64,000 bases of DNA from the NCBI RefSeq assembly GCF_009914755.1, contig NC_060925.1; one strand, 5' to 3'. Positions within the stretch are counted from its first letter, which is position 1. Each line of letters starts with the position of its first letter. Source of the stretch: the human T2T-CHM13v2.0 reference genome, Homo sapiens. Under the pieces are notes generated by a model, which searched no databases, was not told the origin of the DNA, and was given only the letters and a program-made list of their open reading frames with translations. Positions 1-13,094 of this stretch are shown here, one piece after another. The position numbers and the translations under genes were made by a program.

Positions 1-137
<137 letters not shown>

Positions 138-199
138 GGCTGCAGGATATTCTGCAGGATAAATATGCTTTTTTGCCTTTCTGGTGAAATATATATATA

Positions 200-500
200 T
201 GGGTTTCTGTTGAGTACAGTTAATGTAAAAAGGTCATTGCAGCTTCTGTGAAAGAATGAAATGGAGGGAAGGAAGGCAAGAGTAGATGTGAGAGGCATGG
301 TGAATCTATTGGAATACTCTAGGTACTGAGGTGACAGTGACCTGAACTGTCTAAGGTTTTAGCAGTGAAGATGACAACGTGATGGATCGTGGAGCTATTT
401 AGGAGCATTGTCAGGTCTTAGGTACTGATTGGAATCTAGGGGATGAAAGACAGGCAAATGTGAATAAAACCTCAAAGATTTCTGACTTGTTCATTGTAGA
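200..500 (-). mobile_element. L2 LINE fragment
   Basis: Degenerate match to recalled L2 body (gctatttaggag...cttaggtactgattgga...gatttctgacttg); boundaries approximate. Confidence 0.55.
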
Positions 501-1112
501 AATTGATAATTTAGTCATTACTAGGATGTTCTGGTTTTACTGACTTGGAACCCATTTGTGGAAGTGTATGAGTTATCACTGATTCAGTTCAGAACTTTTA
601 ATTTAAAAAAGCAATGATTTTAGAAAGTCAACTAAAACAAAGTCTAATTATTTGGATACAATTTTTACAAAAACATGATTACTGTAATCTTAAGCTTAAA
701 GAATCATATTATTTTAAATGTATTCTTTAGTGATATTCCAATTAAAACAGTATTCAAATAAAAACATGTAAGGAGATAGGAACTAGATTTCTATTCCTAA
801 GATAATTCAAGCATTTTCATTTTTGTCATGGCTTCATAGAGATTGAATTATACCACTTGATGGCTGGATATTATATAAAATGAATTGTTTTCAATTCAAT
901 TTCTTATAGACCAATGCCTTCATCCCCCAAATTGCCATTGCAATAGCTACCTTACTGGCAGTTTTAGCAAGCAGGGGCTGAAGCTGAATGGGCAGAAACT
1001 CAACCCAGTGATTTGTCCCTGGGTGTGGATTCATGGATACAGGTTGAGATGCTTAAGTAGAAAGCAATGTGGGAACTTCTACTACCTCAGTTGTTAAAAA
1101 AAAGGATTTTGG

Positions 1113-1500
<388 letters not shown>

Positions 1501-2039
1501 TCAAATTTCTTATTTTCATTTCTCTTTTTAAATAATAATAGTCTAGAAAAAGAAAATAGCTAAATTTAAATCCAGATGTAAGCAGTGTCTTAGATAGCAA
1601 TGCTTTTATTCCTTTATTATAATATTGTCATTGAAAAAATTCTAATATTTCTCATCTTTAAGTCCTACTGCTAGTTGTGGGTTAATTAATTCCATGCCAT
1701 ATGTTGTTTTTCTTCAATTTCATTAGTAATCTGCTTTTTCATCTATGACACATCACTTCTGGCCCTTACTTTGTCCCAGAGAACTCTCTGCACCATTCTC
1801 TATGTTTTTTTGCCACTAACGTGACCCACTGGACAGAGTGCTGGGAGCAAAGAAAGACATGACTTATGGAAAATATGATCTGTGTCCTCATGTTCTCCAG
1901 TTTTAAATATACTTCATGTGGAAAATAAAAATAGTTTTTTGAAATGATTTATGTTGTATTCATTTGGCCTGACAAAATGTCCAATTTGCTATTGTTGTAG
2001 GTGTGATACAAGTTCACGCTCTACTCCAGGGTTGCAAAG

Positions 2040-2267
2040 AGGAAAGAGCATCAGAGTAAAATGCAGAAAACCTAAGTATTAATTCCAAGTGTGTCCGACT
2101 TCCTAACTGTGTAATCTTTTGACAGTTCTTAAAGTCTCTTTAAGCCTTGGTTTTCCCATCTATAAAATCAGGATGGTAATATCTATCCTACTGACTTGAT
2201 GGAGTTGTGAACATCAAATAAGATACTGAGAAGTGTTTGAAAAACTGAAATAAGCTATATGAATGTA
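2040..2267 (+). mobile_element. MIR SINE
   Basis: MIR core: cttcctaactgtgtaatc...ggttttcccatctataaaatcaggatggtaata. Confidence 0.75.
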
Positions 2268-2289
2268 CCATGAAATTGATTTGTTTTAT

Positions 2290-2645
2290 TAGTTAGTTGG
2301 ATTAGGAAATTTATTGTTTTCACTGCTTATAACAGAGATGCAAATTAACAATGGCTTGAAAAATATTGAATTTTATGTCTCTCTCATCAAAATGTATGAT
2401 CTTCACAGTCATAGAGGAGTCAGTCTTGACCTTATCTTGCTCTTCCATCTGTATGGTTTTGTTCTGATTTTTGAGGTCTAAGGTGGTACATCACTCTGTC
2501 CAAATTTTAGCCAGTAGTGGCAAGAGAAATAGAAGCGGACATCCTTTCTCTTTCACAGGCATACATCGCTTCTTCTCATGTAGACATTATTACCAAAGGA
2601 AAAGGGGAAAACAGATATTTGGGTAGATCTCTAAATCTCTGCTAC
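2290..2645 (-). mobile_element. Old MaLR LTR (MLT1J/K-like)
   Basis: ctgcttataacagagat...aacaatggcttgaa...tctctc opening resembles antisense MLT1 LTRs; highly diverged. Confidence 0.45.
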
Positions 2646-2704
2646 ATAAATTGAGAAGAGTAAAAATAGGACTAAACTTGAAAAGGTGTATTTTAGGATA
2701 GCAT

Positions 2705-2995
2705 GATCACATATATAATTTCTAATTTATCTGTAGCCACATTAAAATAGTAAAGAAAGGAAAAGTTAATGTTAATAATGTATTTTATTTAACTCAATCT
2801 ATCCAAAAATATTATTTCAACATGTGATCCACATAGAAATTATTAATATAATATTTTACATTCTTTTGGGGGGTACTAAGTCTTTGATTCCAAATATGCA
2901 ATATTCAGCTACATCATGTCTTAATTTAGATGAAACACTTTAAATGTTCCATAGCCACATGTGTCTAGTGGCTACTGTATTGGACAATACAGCTC
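2705..2995. mobile_element. MER33 hAT-Charlie MITE
   Basis: tagccacattaaaa...tattttatttaactcaa...atagccacatgtgtctagtggctactgtattggacaatacag. Confidence 0.8.
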
Positions 2996-3086
2996 CAGAA
3001 AAAAGCATTGACAAATACTAGATGACAGCAATGGAAGAGAAGAAACCTGCAATATTTCATGCTGTTTTTACATTTCATGAAATTTT

Positions 3087-4265
3087 CTGTTTGTTTATTC
3101 ACTCAACAAATATTTCTTATGTATCTACTATATTCCCCACCATACTAGGCACTGGGAATGTAGCAGTGAACAAAACAAACAAAGTTTCTGTGCTAATGGA
3201 GCATATATCCTAGTAGGGGAGAGTCAGGCAATAAACAAATAAGTAAATATTTAGCATTTCAGATGATAATAAGTGAAGAATAATATGGAGAAGGACAAAG
3301 CAGCGTAATAAATTAAGTGAAGGAAGGTCCATAGACATCTGGAAGAAAATTGTTCCAAGCAGGAAGAACAGCAAGGGCAAAGGCTCTGAGGCAAAGAGTG
3401 CTTGGAAATATGTAAGAAGGCTAATGTGGATAGGGCAGAACCAGAGAGAGGGAGAGTACAGGAGATGAAATCAGAGAGGGAGTAGGGAAATATGTTTTAA
3501 AAGGATGACTAGCTGCTCTGTTGAGAGTACACAGATAGAAGGGAGATCAGAAAGGAGGCTCTTGAAGCAATTTTGTCAAGTAATCCTGTTGCGGAAGTGA
3601 TAAGAAAATGGTAGGATTCTGGATGTGTTTTGAAGTTAAAGTAGAATTTGTTAATGGTTTGTGAAAGAAAAAGGGAAGTCAAGAATACCTACAGGTTTTT
3701 GGTTAGAGAACTTAGAATATATAGTTACCTTTTATTGAAATGATAATGACTGTGGATGAGCAAGTTTATGGCTGGTTTGTGTGGGCAGGGCCAGCAGAGG
3801 CAGGAAGAGTTCAGTTTTAGATTTGCTAGATTTGCACTGTCTATTAGACACCCAAGTGGAGATGGCAAGCAGACAGTTGGTTATCTGAGGCTAGAGCTCA
3901 AGAGAGAGGCTGATCTCCAGCCCTAGAGGGATCAGGGCTGGAGGCATCACTGTATGTGTTTAAAGCTATCAAACTGGAAGATGATAGATGAGATCATTAG
4001 GAGATAATATAAGGGAAGAGGTGCAAGGACTGTACCCTGAGGCACTCTAATGTTTCTAGGTTGTGCTGTTGAAACGGAATCAGTAAAAGGGCAGAGAAGC
4101 AAGTGGGGTAAGAAAAGAACTAAGAGAGCATTGAGTACCAGAAGCCAGCAAAGAGAGTTTCAAAAAGTGATGTGATCGACTTTGATAGTGTGTACGAAGA
4201 GGGTGAAAGATCAGTATTGAATTTTGTAACATGGAAATTATTTATGGCCTTGACAAAAGTTGTTG
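3087..4265 (-). mobile_element. L2 (L2a-like) LINE, 3' portion
   Basis: Antisense L2 3' end (tttattcactcaacaaatattt...ggcactggg...gcagtgaacaaaac) continuing into typical body (agacacccaagtggagatggcaagcagacagttgg). Confidence 0.85.
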
Positions 4266-4689
4266 AGTTATTGGATATTGGCTGGTTCAAGAATGCTGTT
4301 TCAAACAGTTCAAACTGCAATGAGTGTCCTGATATGTATTTGGTCAACCATTGAGTTTCCTTAGGACCCACTAATAAGTTGAATCACTGGATGAAAGGAT
4401 ATATGTACATGTTGTCACTGAGAAACATTTTAGAAAGATCACGTCATAGGTCATCATATCATAGGTAAGGGTATATATATATAGTTTTTCCCCCTTTTTT
4501 GACTACCTTGTTTCCTGCCCTCTCCTTCCACAAATATCTGTTGCTCCCTGCCCCAAGGTAAGCCATATTAAAAAGTTAGTATGTACTCTTTCCTGTTTAT
4601 AATAGAAAATTAGAAACAGCAGAAAGAGTAAATATGATATATTCATTCTTTGGAGTAGTATGTGGTTATTCAGATTATGTAGACAAATA

Positions 4690-4985
4690 AATATTCCGTA
4701 TATTCAAAGTGTGCAATGTAATGATGTGATACTCAAACATGTTATGAAATGATTATAACAATCAAGTTAATTAACACATCCATCACCATGCATATTGTGT
4801 GTGTACATGTGTGTGTGTTTGCGTGGTGAGCATACCTAACCTCTATTCTTAGCAAATTTCAAGTAATTACAAGTATTCAAATTTCAAGTAATTACAGTAT
4901 TATTAACTATAGTCAGCATGCTATACATTAGATCCCTAGAACTTATTCATTTTGTATCTGAAATTTTGTACCCTTTGGCTAATAT
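4690..4985 (-). mobile_element. L1MA (L1MA8/9-like) 3' end
   Basis: caatcaagttaattaacacatccatcacc...attaactatagtcagcatgctatacattagatccctagaacttattcat. Confidence 0.8.
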
Positions 4986-6331
4986 TATACCTCAATAAAG
5001 CTGGGGAAAAAAGATGATGCTAAAGAAAATATTTAATGGCATAGAAATTTTATATGTTATGGTGAATGAAAGGCAAATTATGAAACAGTACTTGTTAGAA
5101 ATTTATTTAAAAATTGGAAAGATAAATAGTGGCTACTGTATTGGACAATATAATTTTTAAGTGATTATATTTGGATTGCAGAATTCTGAATTTTAATTTT
5201 CTTCATTGAGCTTATTTACATTTTCAGCATTTCTGTGTGAACACATACAACATTTGTAGTCAGAGAAAAAATCTTGAAAAAATATTAATTCTGTGAAAGA
5301 GGAAATAAAGTATAGTTCAGAATAAGGTAAGGGACTATTACATCATTAGTGAGTCAAATAGGGGGATGTCCTGCATCTGTGATTCTAGCTTCTTGGAATC
5401 TCTTAATGAAGTTTTCAAAGTCTTGCCTAAAATTTTTATTTGCCACGATGTTTCCCAATAAGACCACTTTACCTATGGAAGCATCAAGGAAAATTATTTT
5501 CTAATTTGTTTCATTTTATGACATGTTCTTACTTGTGAAAAGGAAGATTCCAAGGGAAGATAAAGATGGGCCAAGTAAAACGTTTGGGATTAATTCATAG
5601 ATTATCAGACACAATGACATGAGTTCTAAATACTGTTTATTCCAAGATTTTTGCATGCAATATATTTTACAAGTGAAATATGCAATGCACATAAAATGAA
5701 ACCAATATGATAAGAAATTGTTGATATTTTGCTTTGGCATAACTTTGGTCTACTTCATTCATTGAATCATTCAGTCCATCAGCCCTTGACTTACTTTTCC
5801 TTGTATCCTCAGCCCCTCACCTGTGCCAATCACTCTAATAATCCCTAGAAAAACAAAGATGAACAAGATTTTCCTTGCCCTAAAGAAGCTGGTAGAGAAT
5901 TATTAAACAATATACAACAACAGTGAGAGAGATATACACAGAGTATTTAAGGTGGGACAGGAAAATCTGTAAAGGCTTCTTGGAGGAAATATCAGCTTTA
6001 GTCTCAAAGGGTAACTCGAAATTACTCTTGAAACTACAAGAGAGAAGGTCATTTCAGGCAAAGAAGAGAGAGAATTACCTTTTGAACTACTTTAGATTTA
6101 GGAAAAAAGAAATTGCTAAGCAGTTGGGTATTTGCACAGAGAAGTAATTTATGACTTCCCTCAGTATTGAAATCACATGAATTTATAGTACTATAGACAA
6201 AAATGGAGGCAGAAAGTTACTGTTCAAAAGTTATAGGTTTTGAGATGTGCTTTTTATTAATATATTTTATATATTTTTCTTCCTTTTGCTTTATGTACAG
6301 AATAGAGCTTTCTAGACCATTTCAGATATAG

Positions 6332-6495
6332 TTTAATAATAATAAATATTTATTGAGTGCTTACTACATGCAGGCTCTGTTCTGAGTAAAAGTATTAAGT
6401 AATTTAATCCCCATGATGAGATACGTGAGACACAGTCCAGCCATATAGTTTGTTCAAGGTCATCTATTAAGTAGAAAATCTAGAATTAGAACCAT
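6332..6495 (-). mobile_element. MIR SINE
   Basis: aataaatatttattgagtgcttact...atttaatcc...tttgttcaaggtca. Confidence 0.6.
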
Positions 6496-7296
6496 CAGGG
6501 AATTTTACTGCTGGCTGTCATTGACTGTCTTTATTAAAGTTCCCATGAAGAATAATAGAACATGATTCTAAAAGTATTAAAACATTGAGTTTTAATCTTC
6601 CTCTGTGTGATACTTTTGCCATTCATCTTTTCTGACAATGATAAATACATGGATAAAGCTTGATTGGGAAGGAAGTCTTCCGGTGGAAAAAAATTGAAGA
6701 AAAAGTACTTTCAAATTAATTTTGAAGTAGCATTTGAGAGAAGCTGAGAGGGGAGCCATCTCTTAGCACAATGCTCCTCAAACTGCCTGTCAAAAACTTC
6801 TAAAAGGGCTGTGTGGGGGTGGGCAGAGGAGACAGCGTAAAATCCATGGTCACTCTAACTTTTACAAGATAAGAAATGGATTTTGAGAGCTACGGCATAT
6901 CAGATGCTTGTCAAAATATCAGCCCAAGAGGGAGGTTGCCAAGAAGGAACTTGACAGACTGTAAGCTGTAAGGAGCATGTGAACTAGATATTGTCATGCA
7001 CGAGCATGCAGACAATTACAACAGAGGCTAAAACAAAGTGTTTCACTTGAAAAAAGCCCATGTGAAAAACCAACCAACCAACCAGCATGTGTCTTCACAG
7101 TACAGATCCCCAAAGGAAATAATGCTATCAAATATTAGACACCAATCAAACTGAATTCAGGAGAAGTTCTAAGTCATGTTACAAATTATTAGAAATAACA
7201 TTTAGCCTAAATCCTATTTTGCTGCATCAGTTTGACATGGGTTTTAATTCGCTTCAAAAGACTTCAGTTTAGTTAAGAAAAAAGTGCATGGCTATA

Positions 7297-7626
7297 AAGG
7301 TTTACAGTCCCTCATCTGCAATTCTGAAATGTAAAATCCTCGGTGAACTGAACGTTTTTCATAAGTTTGGCACCAAAGTGCCCTTGGGTATGAAATCTGA
7401 CCTGAACTGAAACGAGGTGATATATAAATATATATATCACTTAGTGTGAATATTCATATGTTTTGCTGCAAAAATCTTAATATGTTTCATTCTAGACTCC
7501 AATGTGGGCATTATATACTAAAGAGTATATGTATATGTACCGTATCACTTTTCTAAACTTAAAAAAAAATCTGAATTCCCAAATGCATCTGGTCCCAAGG
7601 CTTTCCAGTGAAGGATTGTGAACCTA
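7297..7626. mobile_element. MER46C-like Tigger (Tc1/mariner) MITE
   Basis: Imperfect terminal inverted repeats aggtttacagtccct / aggattgtgaacct with TA flanks; ctggtcccaagg...aaggattgtgaacct terminus. Confidence 0.75.
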
Positions 7627-7741
7627 TATTGGCAAAGTGAATGAACAATAGACTTCCAAACTTCCAATTTCTAATTTAGATTATTTTCATGTTATATACC
7701 CTTAGTTGCTTTGGGAAGAAACATTATTTTTCAAGAGTTAA

Positions 7742-8037
7742 GGCCGGGCGCGGTGGTTCATGCCTGTAATCCCAGCACTTTGGGAGGCTGAGGTGGGCAG
7801 ATCATGAGGTCAAGAGAGTATGACCATCCTGGTCAACTTGGTGAAACTTTGTCTCTACTAAAAATACAAAAATTAGCCAGGTGTGGTGGTGGGCACCTGT
7901 AGTCCTAGCTACTTGGGAGGCTGAGGCAGGAGCTTGAACCCAGGAGGCGGAGGTTGCAGTGAGCCAAGATCGTGCCACTGCACTCCAGGCTGGTGACAGA
8001 GCGAGTCTCCCTCTCAAAAAAAAAAAAAAAAAAAAAA
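7742..8037 (+). mobile_element. AluS (AluSc-like)
   Basis: Full dimer, GAGGTCAAGAG left arm, A-tail, short agttaag flank repeat. Confidence 0.95.
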
Positions 8038-8316
8038 GTTAAGACTTTATGGGGCAGCCAATATGCAATATTTATGGATCATTCATATTAATAGTGATGA
8101 GATAAAGTGCTGAACATTTTTGAAATATTATTTCAAAGAAAATTTGGCTTTTTTTTTGAGCATGTGAAGCTCTTCTGCAGAAGGAAGTTGAGTCGAAGCT
8201 AAGATGGTCTTCAAATGTTCAGTGGAATAGGTAACAAATGATTAGATACCTGTTAAAACAAATTTCTCAAACACAGATTTGAGGGCAAAGTTTAACCCTC
8301 AAAAAGGAAACCACTA

Positions 8317-8615
<299 letters not shown>

Positions 8616-8906
8616 CTAGAAATACAGAAAAAAGAGAAAAACTATTTCAAAAGGTGTTTCAGCAATAGGTGTATACAGAGTTATCTGGGAAAAAAATAGC
8701 CTAATTGTTAAATTGCACACAAGATGATTGCTTCTAACAGATCTAATAAGCTATGATACCTTAAATATTAAGTTTCTTTAGGACTATAAAATTATATTAA
8801 ATGTTTGTATAAGTTAAGCAGCCATTAACCTTCAGGGCTGTAATACCATTGTATACTTTACCCATTTTAGATTGTAGGTCAAATATATCAAGAAAAGGAA
8901 TATAAT

Positions 8907-9373
8907 TGTGAACTATGAACTCTCATATGGTACAAAAGACTTGTCCCAACACTGTGCTAAAAGATCTGACCAAACTTTAGTGTGGCTTCCACTTGCACTA
9001 GGCCACATTCATAAGGGTGATTCTAACTCCCATGCCTAGTTTCTACTCAAGAAAACACACTATTGCCAAACTGCAAAGTATACATTGTTCCAACACACCT
9101 TGACAAACCATTTTCAGTAATTCTCCACTTACCTTCCTTCTGTAATTTTCATTTCTCCCTAGTTCCCCAGTCCCTTTTCTTGTTCCCCGCTTTTCACTTC
9201 CTCATAACCCCTTTTTGTTCTCTTTTTGTTCTCTCTTTAATAACCTTGGTCACCTTTGTCTTAGTTGGAGCTGAGCTCAGTTTATACTGGAGTTTCTCTC
9301 CTCTTTTGCAGTAGTCTTCATAAAATCTGTCTTGCTACCTTTAACAAGTGTCTGGCAATGTTTTTCTTTGACA
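8907..9373 (+). mobile_element. ERV1-class solo LTR (MER34/MER39-like)
   Basis: 3' end ggagctgagctcag...ttgcagtagtcttcataaaatctgtctt...tttttctttgaCA typical of MER4-group LTRs; 5' boundary uncertain. Confidence 0.6.
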
Positions 9374-9374
9374 C

Positions 9375-11208
9375 TGGTTTCTGGTTCAGCATGTAAGGAG
9401 CTTGGAAGTCATCACTCTGTCCTAACAAGTAAAAGGTCAAACAAATGGAAAATCAGTAACTTCTTAGATCTGTTCAAGAATCAAGGTCATAATGCAAACT
9501 GTTGACTCAAACACTGGAGAGACAGATAGGTGGATACTGAGAATCACAACTTAATTGAAGCAGAAACCTTTGTATGAACCATTGCCAGAGTCGGAAAACC
9601 TGAACTGTGATTGATAAATTGCTAGAGGCTCAGTGTGGACAAGTCTAAGAGTTAAAAACACCATGGCGACCTAGTCATAGGGAGGCCCCAGACTTGTGAG
9701 TTTTACCTCTAGGAGCTCTGCTAGGTAAGGATTGAAGAAAAATCCCCTTGTGTTTCAAGAAGAAAAGAAAGGTAGTCATTTTGAAATATGCCCAGAGCAT
9801 TCTGTTCTTCTTAACAAGGCCTGCTTTCAAGAGACAATATTTTACCCCTGCAAAGCCTAACCTCTTGGGGTTTTATTAGAGCCTAACCAACCCAGGGGAA
9901 AGGAAATACCCAACTCCACTCTGCTCTAGCCTTCCATGTAGGGAAAGAAAATAGCCAACTCCAGTCCCCTTCAGCTTTCTTGTCTTACCTAAGGGGGGGT
10001 TGGGAAACTGAGAAGCACTTGTGAAGTTTACAGTTTACAGGTACAAGCTCACTAAGACTGAGACCTACTCATAGACTATGGAATGCTACCCCTTTCTCCA
10101 CACTTTACCACCACATCATTAACGGCCTATTTACCATAGTACCTTTTTCTCCAGTGCATCATGTCTAGCTTATAAAAAGTAATTACAATGCATATTGAAG
10201 GACAAACCTCCCACAGTTTAAAGAGACTGAGCAAGGATCAGAGCCAGACTCAGATATGACAGGGATATGGGAATTATCAGATTGCAAAGTTAAAACAATT
10301 ATATTATTAATATGCTTCATGTACTTTAAATACTTTCATGGAAAAAGTAGAAAACATGCAAGAACAGATGGGTAATACAAACAATGAGATGGAAATTCTA
10401 AGAATCAAAAAGAAATGCTAGAAATAAAAACACTGTATTAGAAATAAGGAATATATTTGATGGGTTTAGCAGCAAAATGATCTTCGACAAAGGGGCAAGG
10501 TAATTCAATGGGGAAAAGATAAAGTCTTTTCAATAAATGGTGCTGGAACAACTGGATATCCACATGCAAAAACGAATCTGATTATAGACATTACACCCTT
10601 TGTAAAAATTAACTCAAAATATATCATAGACCTAAATGTAAAACACAAAACTATAAAACTTCTGGAAGATAACATAATATCTAGATAACCTTGGGTTTGG
10701 CAGTGACTTTTTAGATACAATACCAAAGACATAATCCATGAAATAAAGAATTAATTAGTTGGACTTTATTGAAATTAAAAACTTTTGTTCTATGAAAAGC
10801 ACTGTCAAAAGAACAAGAAGATAAGCTGCAGACTGAGAGAAAGTATTTTCAAAATACAAAGTATTCAGTGAACTAAATTGGATAATAAATAACTGAATTT
10901 AAATAAGTCAAAGACCTTAACAGATACCTCATCAATGAAGATATGCAGATGGCAAATAAGCATATGAAAAGATACTCCACATAATATATCATCAGGGAAA
11001 TGCAAATTAAAACAACAAAGTGGTATCACTACATACGTACCAGAATAGCTAAAATCGAGAACACTGACAGTGCCCAGTGCTGGTGAGGATATAGAGCAAC
11101 AGGAACTCTCATTTATTACTGATGGGAATGCAAAGTGCTACAGCCAGTTTGGAAGACAGTTTGGCAGTTTAAAAAAAAAATGAAATACACTCTTACCATA
11201 TGATCCAG
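9375..11208 (+). mobile_element. Old L1 (L1MC/L1MD-like): 5' UTR and ORF1 start fused to distal ORF2
   Basis: L1M 5'-end motif (aaggagcttggaagtcatcact); ORF1-like until ~10470; then ORF2 3' region (atcttcgacaaagg...aaatggtgctggaacaactggatatccacatgc). Confidence 0.8.
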
Positions 11209-11244
11209 TATGAAGTTATTTCTAGGTCTTAACTAGATATTAAA

Positions 11245-11548
11245 GGCTCACACCTGTAATCCCAGCACTTTGGGAGGCCAAGGTCGGCAGGTAGCTTGAG
11301 TCCAGGAGCTCAAGACCAGCTGGGCAACATGGAGAAACCCATCTCTACAAAAAATACAAAAAATTGCCCGGCATCATGGCATGTGCCTGTAGTCCCAGCT
11401 ACTTGGGAGGCTGAGGTGGGAGGACCGATTGAGCTGGGGAGTTCAAAGCTTCACTGAGTCTTGATAGTGCCACTGCACTCCAGCCTGGGCTACAGAGCAA
11501 GACCCTGTCTCAAAAAAAAAAAAAAACAAAACAAAAAAAACAAAAAAA
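11245..11548 (+). mobile_element. AluJ
   Basis: GCTTGAGTCCAGGAG left arm, GAGGTGGGAGGA right arm, AGACCCTGTCTC end, A/C tail. Confidence 0.93.
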
Positions 11549-11607
11549 CCTCAGTTTTTTAGTGGCCCTAGTCCCTGGCCTGTGACCTTCAGAAATGTTT
11601 CTCAGCG

Positions 11608-11673
11608 TTTTTCTTTCTTTCTTTCTCTCTTTCTTTCTCTCTTTCTTTCTTTCTTTTCTTTCTTTCTTTCTTT

Positions 11674-11713
<40 letters not shown>

Positions 11714-11716
11714 CCT

Positions 11717-11788
<72 letters not shown>
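11608..11788. repeat. 181-nt pure polypyrimidine (TTTC)n/(TC)n/(TCCC)n microsatellite (expanded Alu tail)
   Basis: No purine on the + strand across the interval. Confidence 0.97.
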
Positions 11789-12066
11789 GAGGTGGTGTTT
11801 TGCTTTTGTTGCCCAGGCTGGAGTGCAATGGTGCAACTCGGCTCACTGCTACCTCTGCCTCCTAGGTTCAAACAATTCTCCTGCCTCAGCCTCCCAAGCT
11901 GGGATTACAGGTGTGCACCACCATGCCCAGCTAATTTTGCATTTTTAGTAGAGACGGGGTTTCTCCATGTTGGTCAGGCTGGTCTCGAACTCCCGACCTC
12001 AGGTGATCCGCCTGCCTCAGCCTCCCAAAGTGCTGGAATTACAGGCGTGAGCCACCACGCCCAGCC
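11789..12066 (-). mobile_element. AluSp-like
   Basis: Antisense dimer; TTTCTCCATGTTGGTCAGG and GTGCAATGG diagnostics. Confidence 0.95.
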
Positions 12067-12069
12067 ATC

Positions 12070-12615
12070 ATTTTTATTTCTACCCTTTGGTGAAACAGGA
12101 AAATAAGGCCCTCACATAAGGCTCTGATGAAGTAATTTCTTTTGGACAGCAAGATTTTATTGTGGAGAATGCTCTGAATTTATTAAAAATGGTGACTTTC
12201 TCCCTTGCCTTGCTTGAAACAAGAGGGTTTTGTTTTTGTTTTTGTTTTCCCTCAGAGCTTCACTGTTAGAACCTGTTGAAGTTTGAGGAAGTAAAACCCA
12301 CGAAACACTGGCCACTCAGGTGTTTCTCACTCTTAAAACAAAATTTCAGCAATTTGTTAAAATTACCAATCAGCTGTTACTACTAGTTTATGGCTCCAGG
12401 GGCTTCTACTACAGGTAAGCTGATGTCTGTTATTCTTTGTGTTTGATTGTCTCTCCAGATTTCTGGGTGGTGTTTCCCTATAAACTTATTTCTTTAATTG
12501 ATTTAAGAAAAGTCACTGATTCTCAGTTTGTTCAGCTTTTTTTTTTTTTTTTCTTGTAAAGACAGAAGTGATGATTTCTAAGCTCTTTTCATGTTGGAGG
12601 TGAATTTGGAAGTCC
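12070..12615 (-). mobile_element. Old L1 (L1MC/L1MD-like) 5' end
   Basis: Reverse complement resembles 9375-9470 (gagcttagaaatcatcactt...gaacaaactgagaatcag); ends ...ggaagtc. Confidence 0.7.
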
Positions 12616-12772
12616 TCTGTTACATTTTTAAAAACATAACATGCAAATAGTTATTTCCTGGTGGAGCCATTTCAGTTAAATAGCAGAGTATGAGAATTTT
12701 AAAAAGGCTGATTGGGGTAAAGTGATGCTGAGAAGATGTTACTCTTTCGTTGCATTAAAGAGTCTACTTAAC

Positions 12773-13078
<306 letters not shown>

Positions 13079-13094
13079 CTACTTAAAGTAGAAA

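Noticed and set aside
5516-5740. Hydrophobic minus-strand ORF with a donor-like aa|gtaaga near 5530
   Set aside because: Weak acceptor, no recognisable homology; hydrophobicity is expected in AT-rich DNA.
6870-6966. Short ATG-initiated frame (MDFESYGISDACQNISPRGRLPRRNLTD) ending at ct|gtaagc
   Set aside because: Only 28 codons, weak acceptor, unrecognised peptide; compatible with chance.
7417-7440. 10-bp hairpin gtgatatata / tatatatcac
   Set aside because: Short, TA-rich and internal to a MITE; no sign of independent function.
11510-12106. Overlapping ORFs up to 174 aa rich in ER/SL repeats
   Set aside because: Translations of the (TC)n microsatellite and adjacent Alu; not genes.
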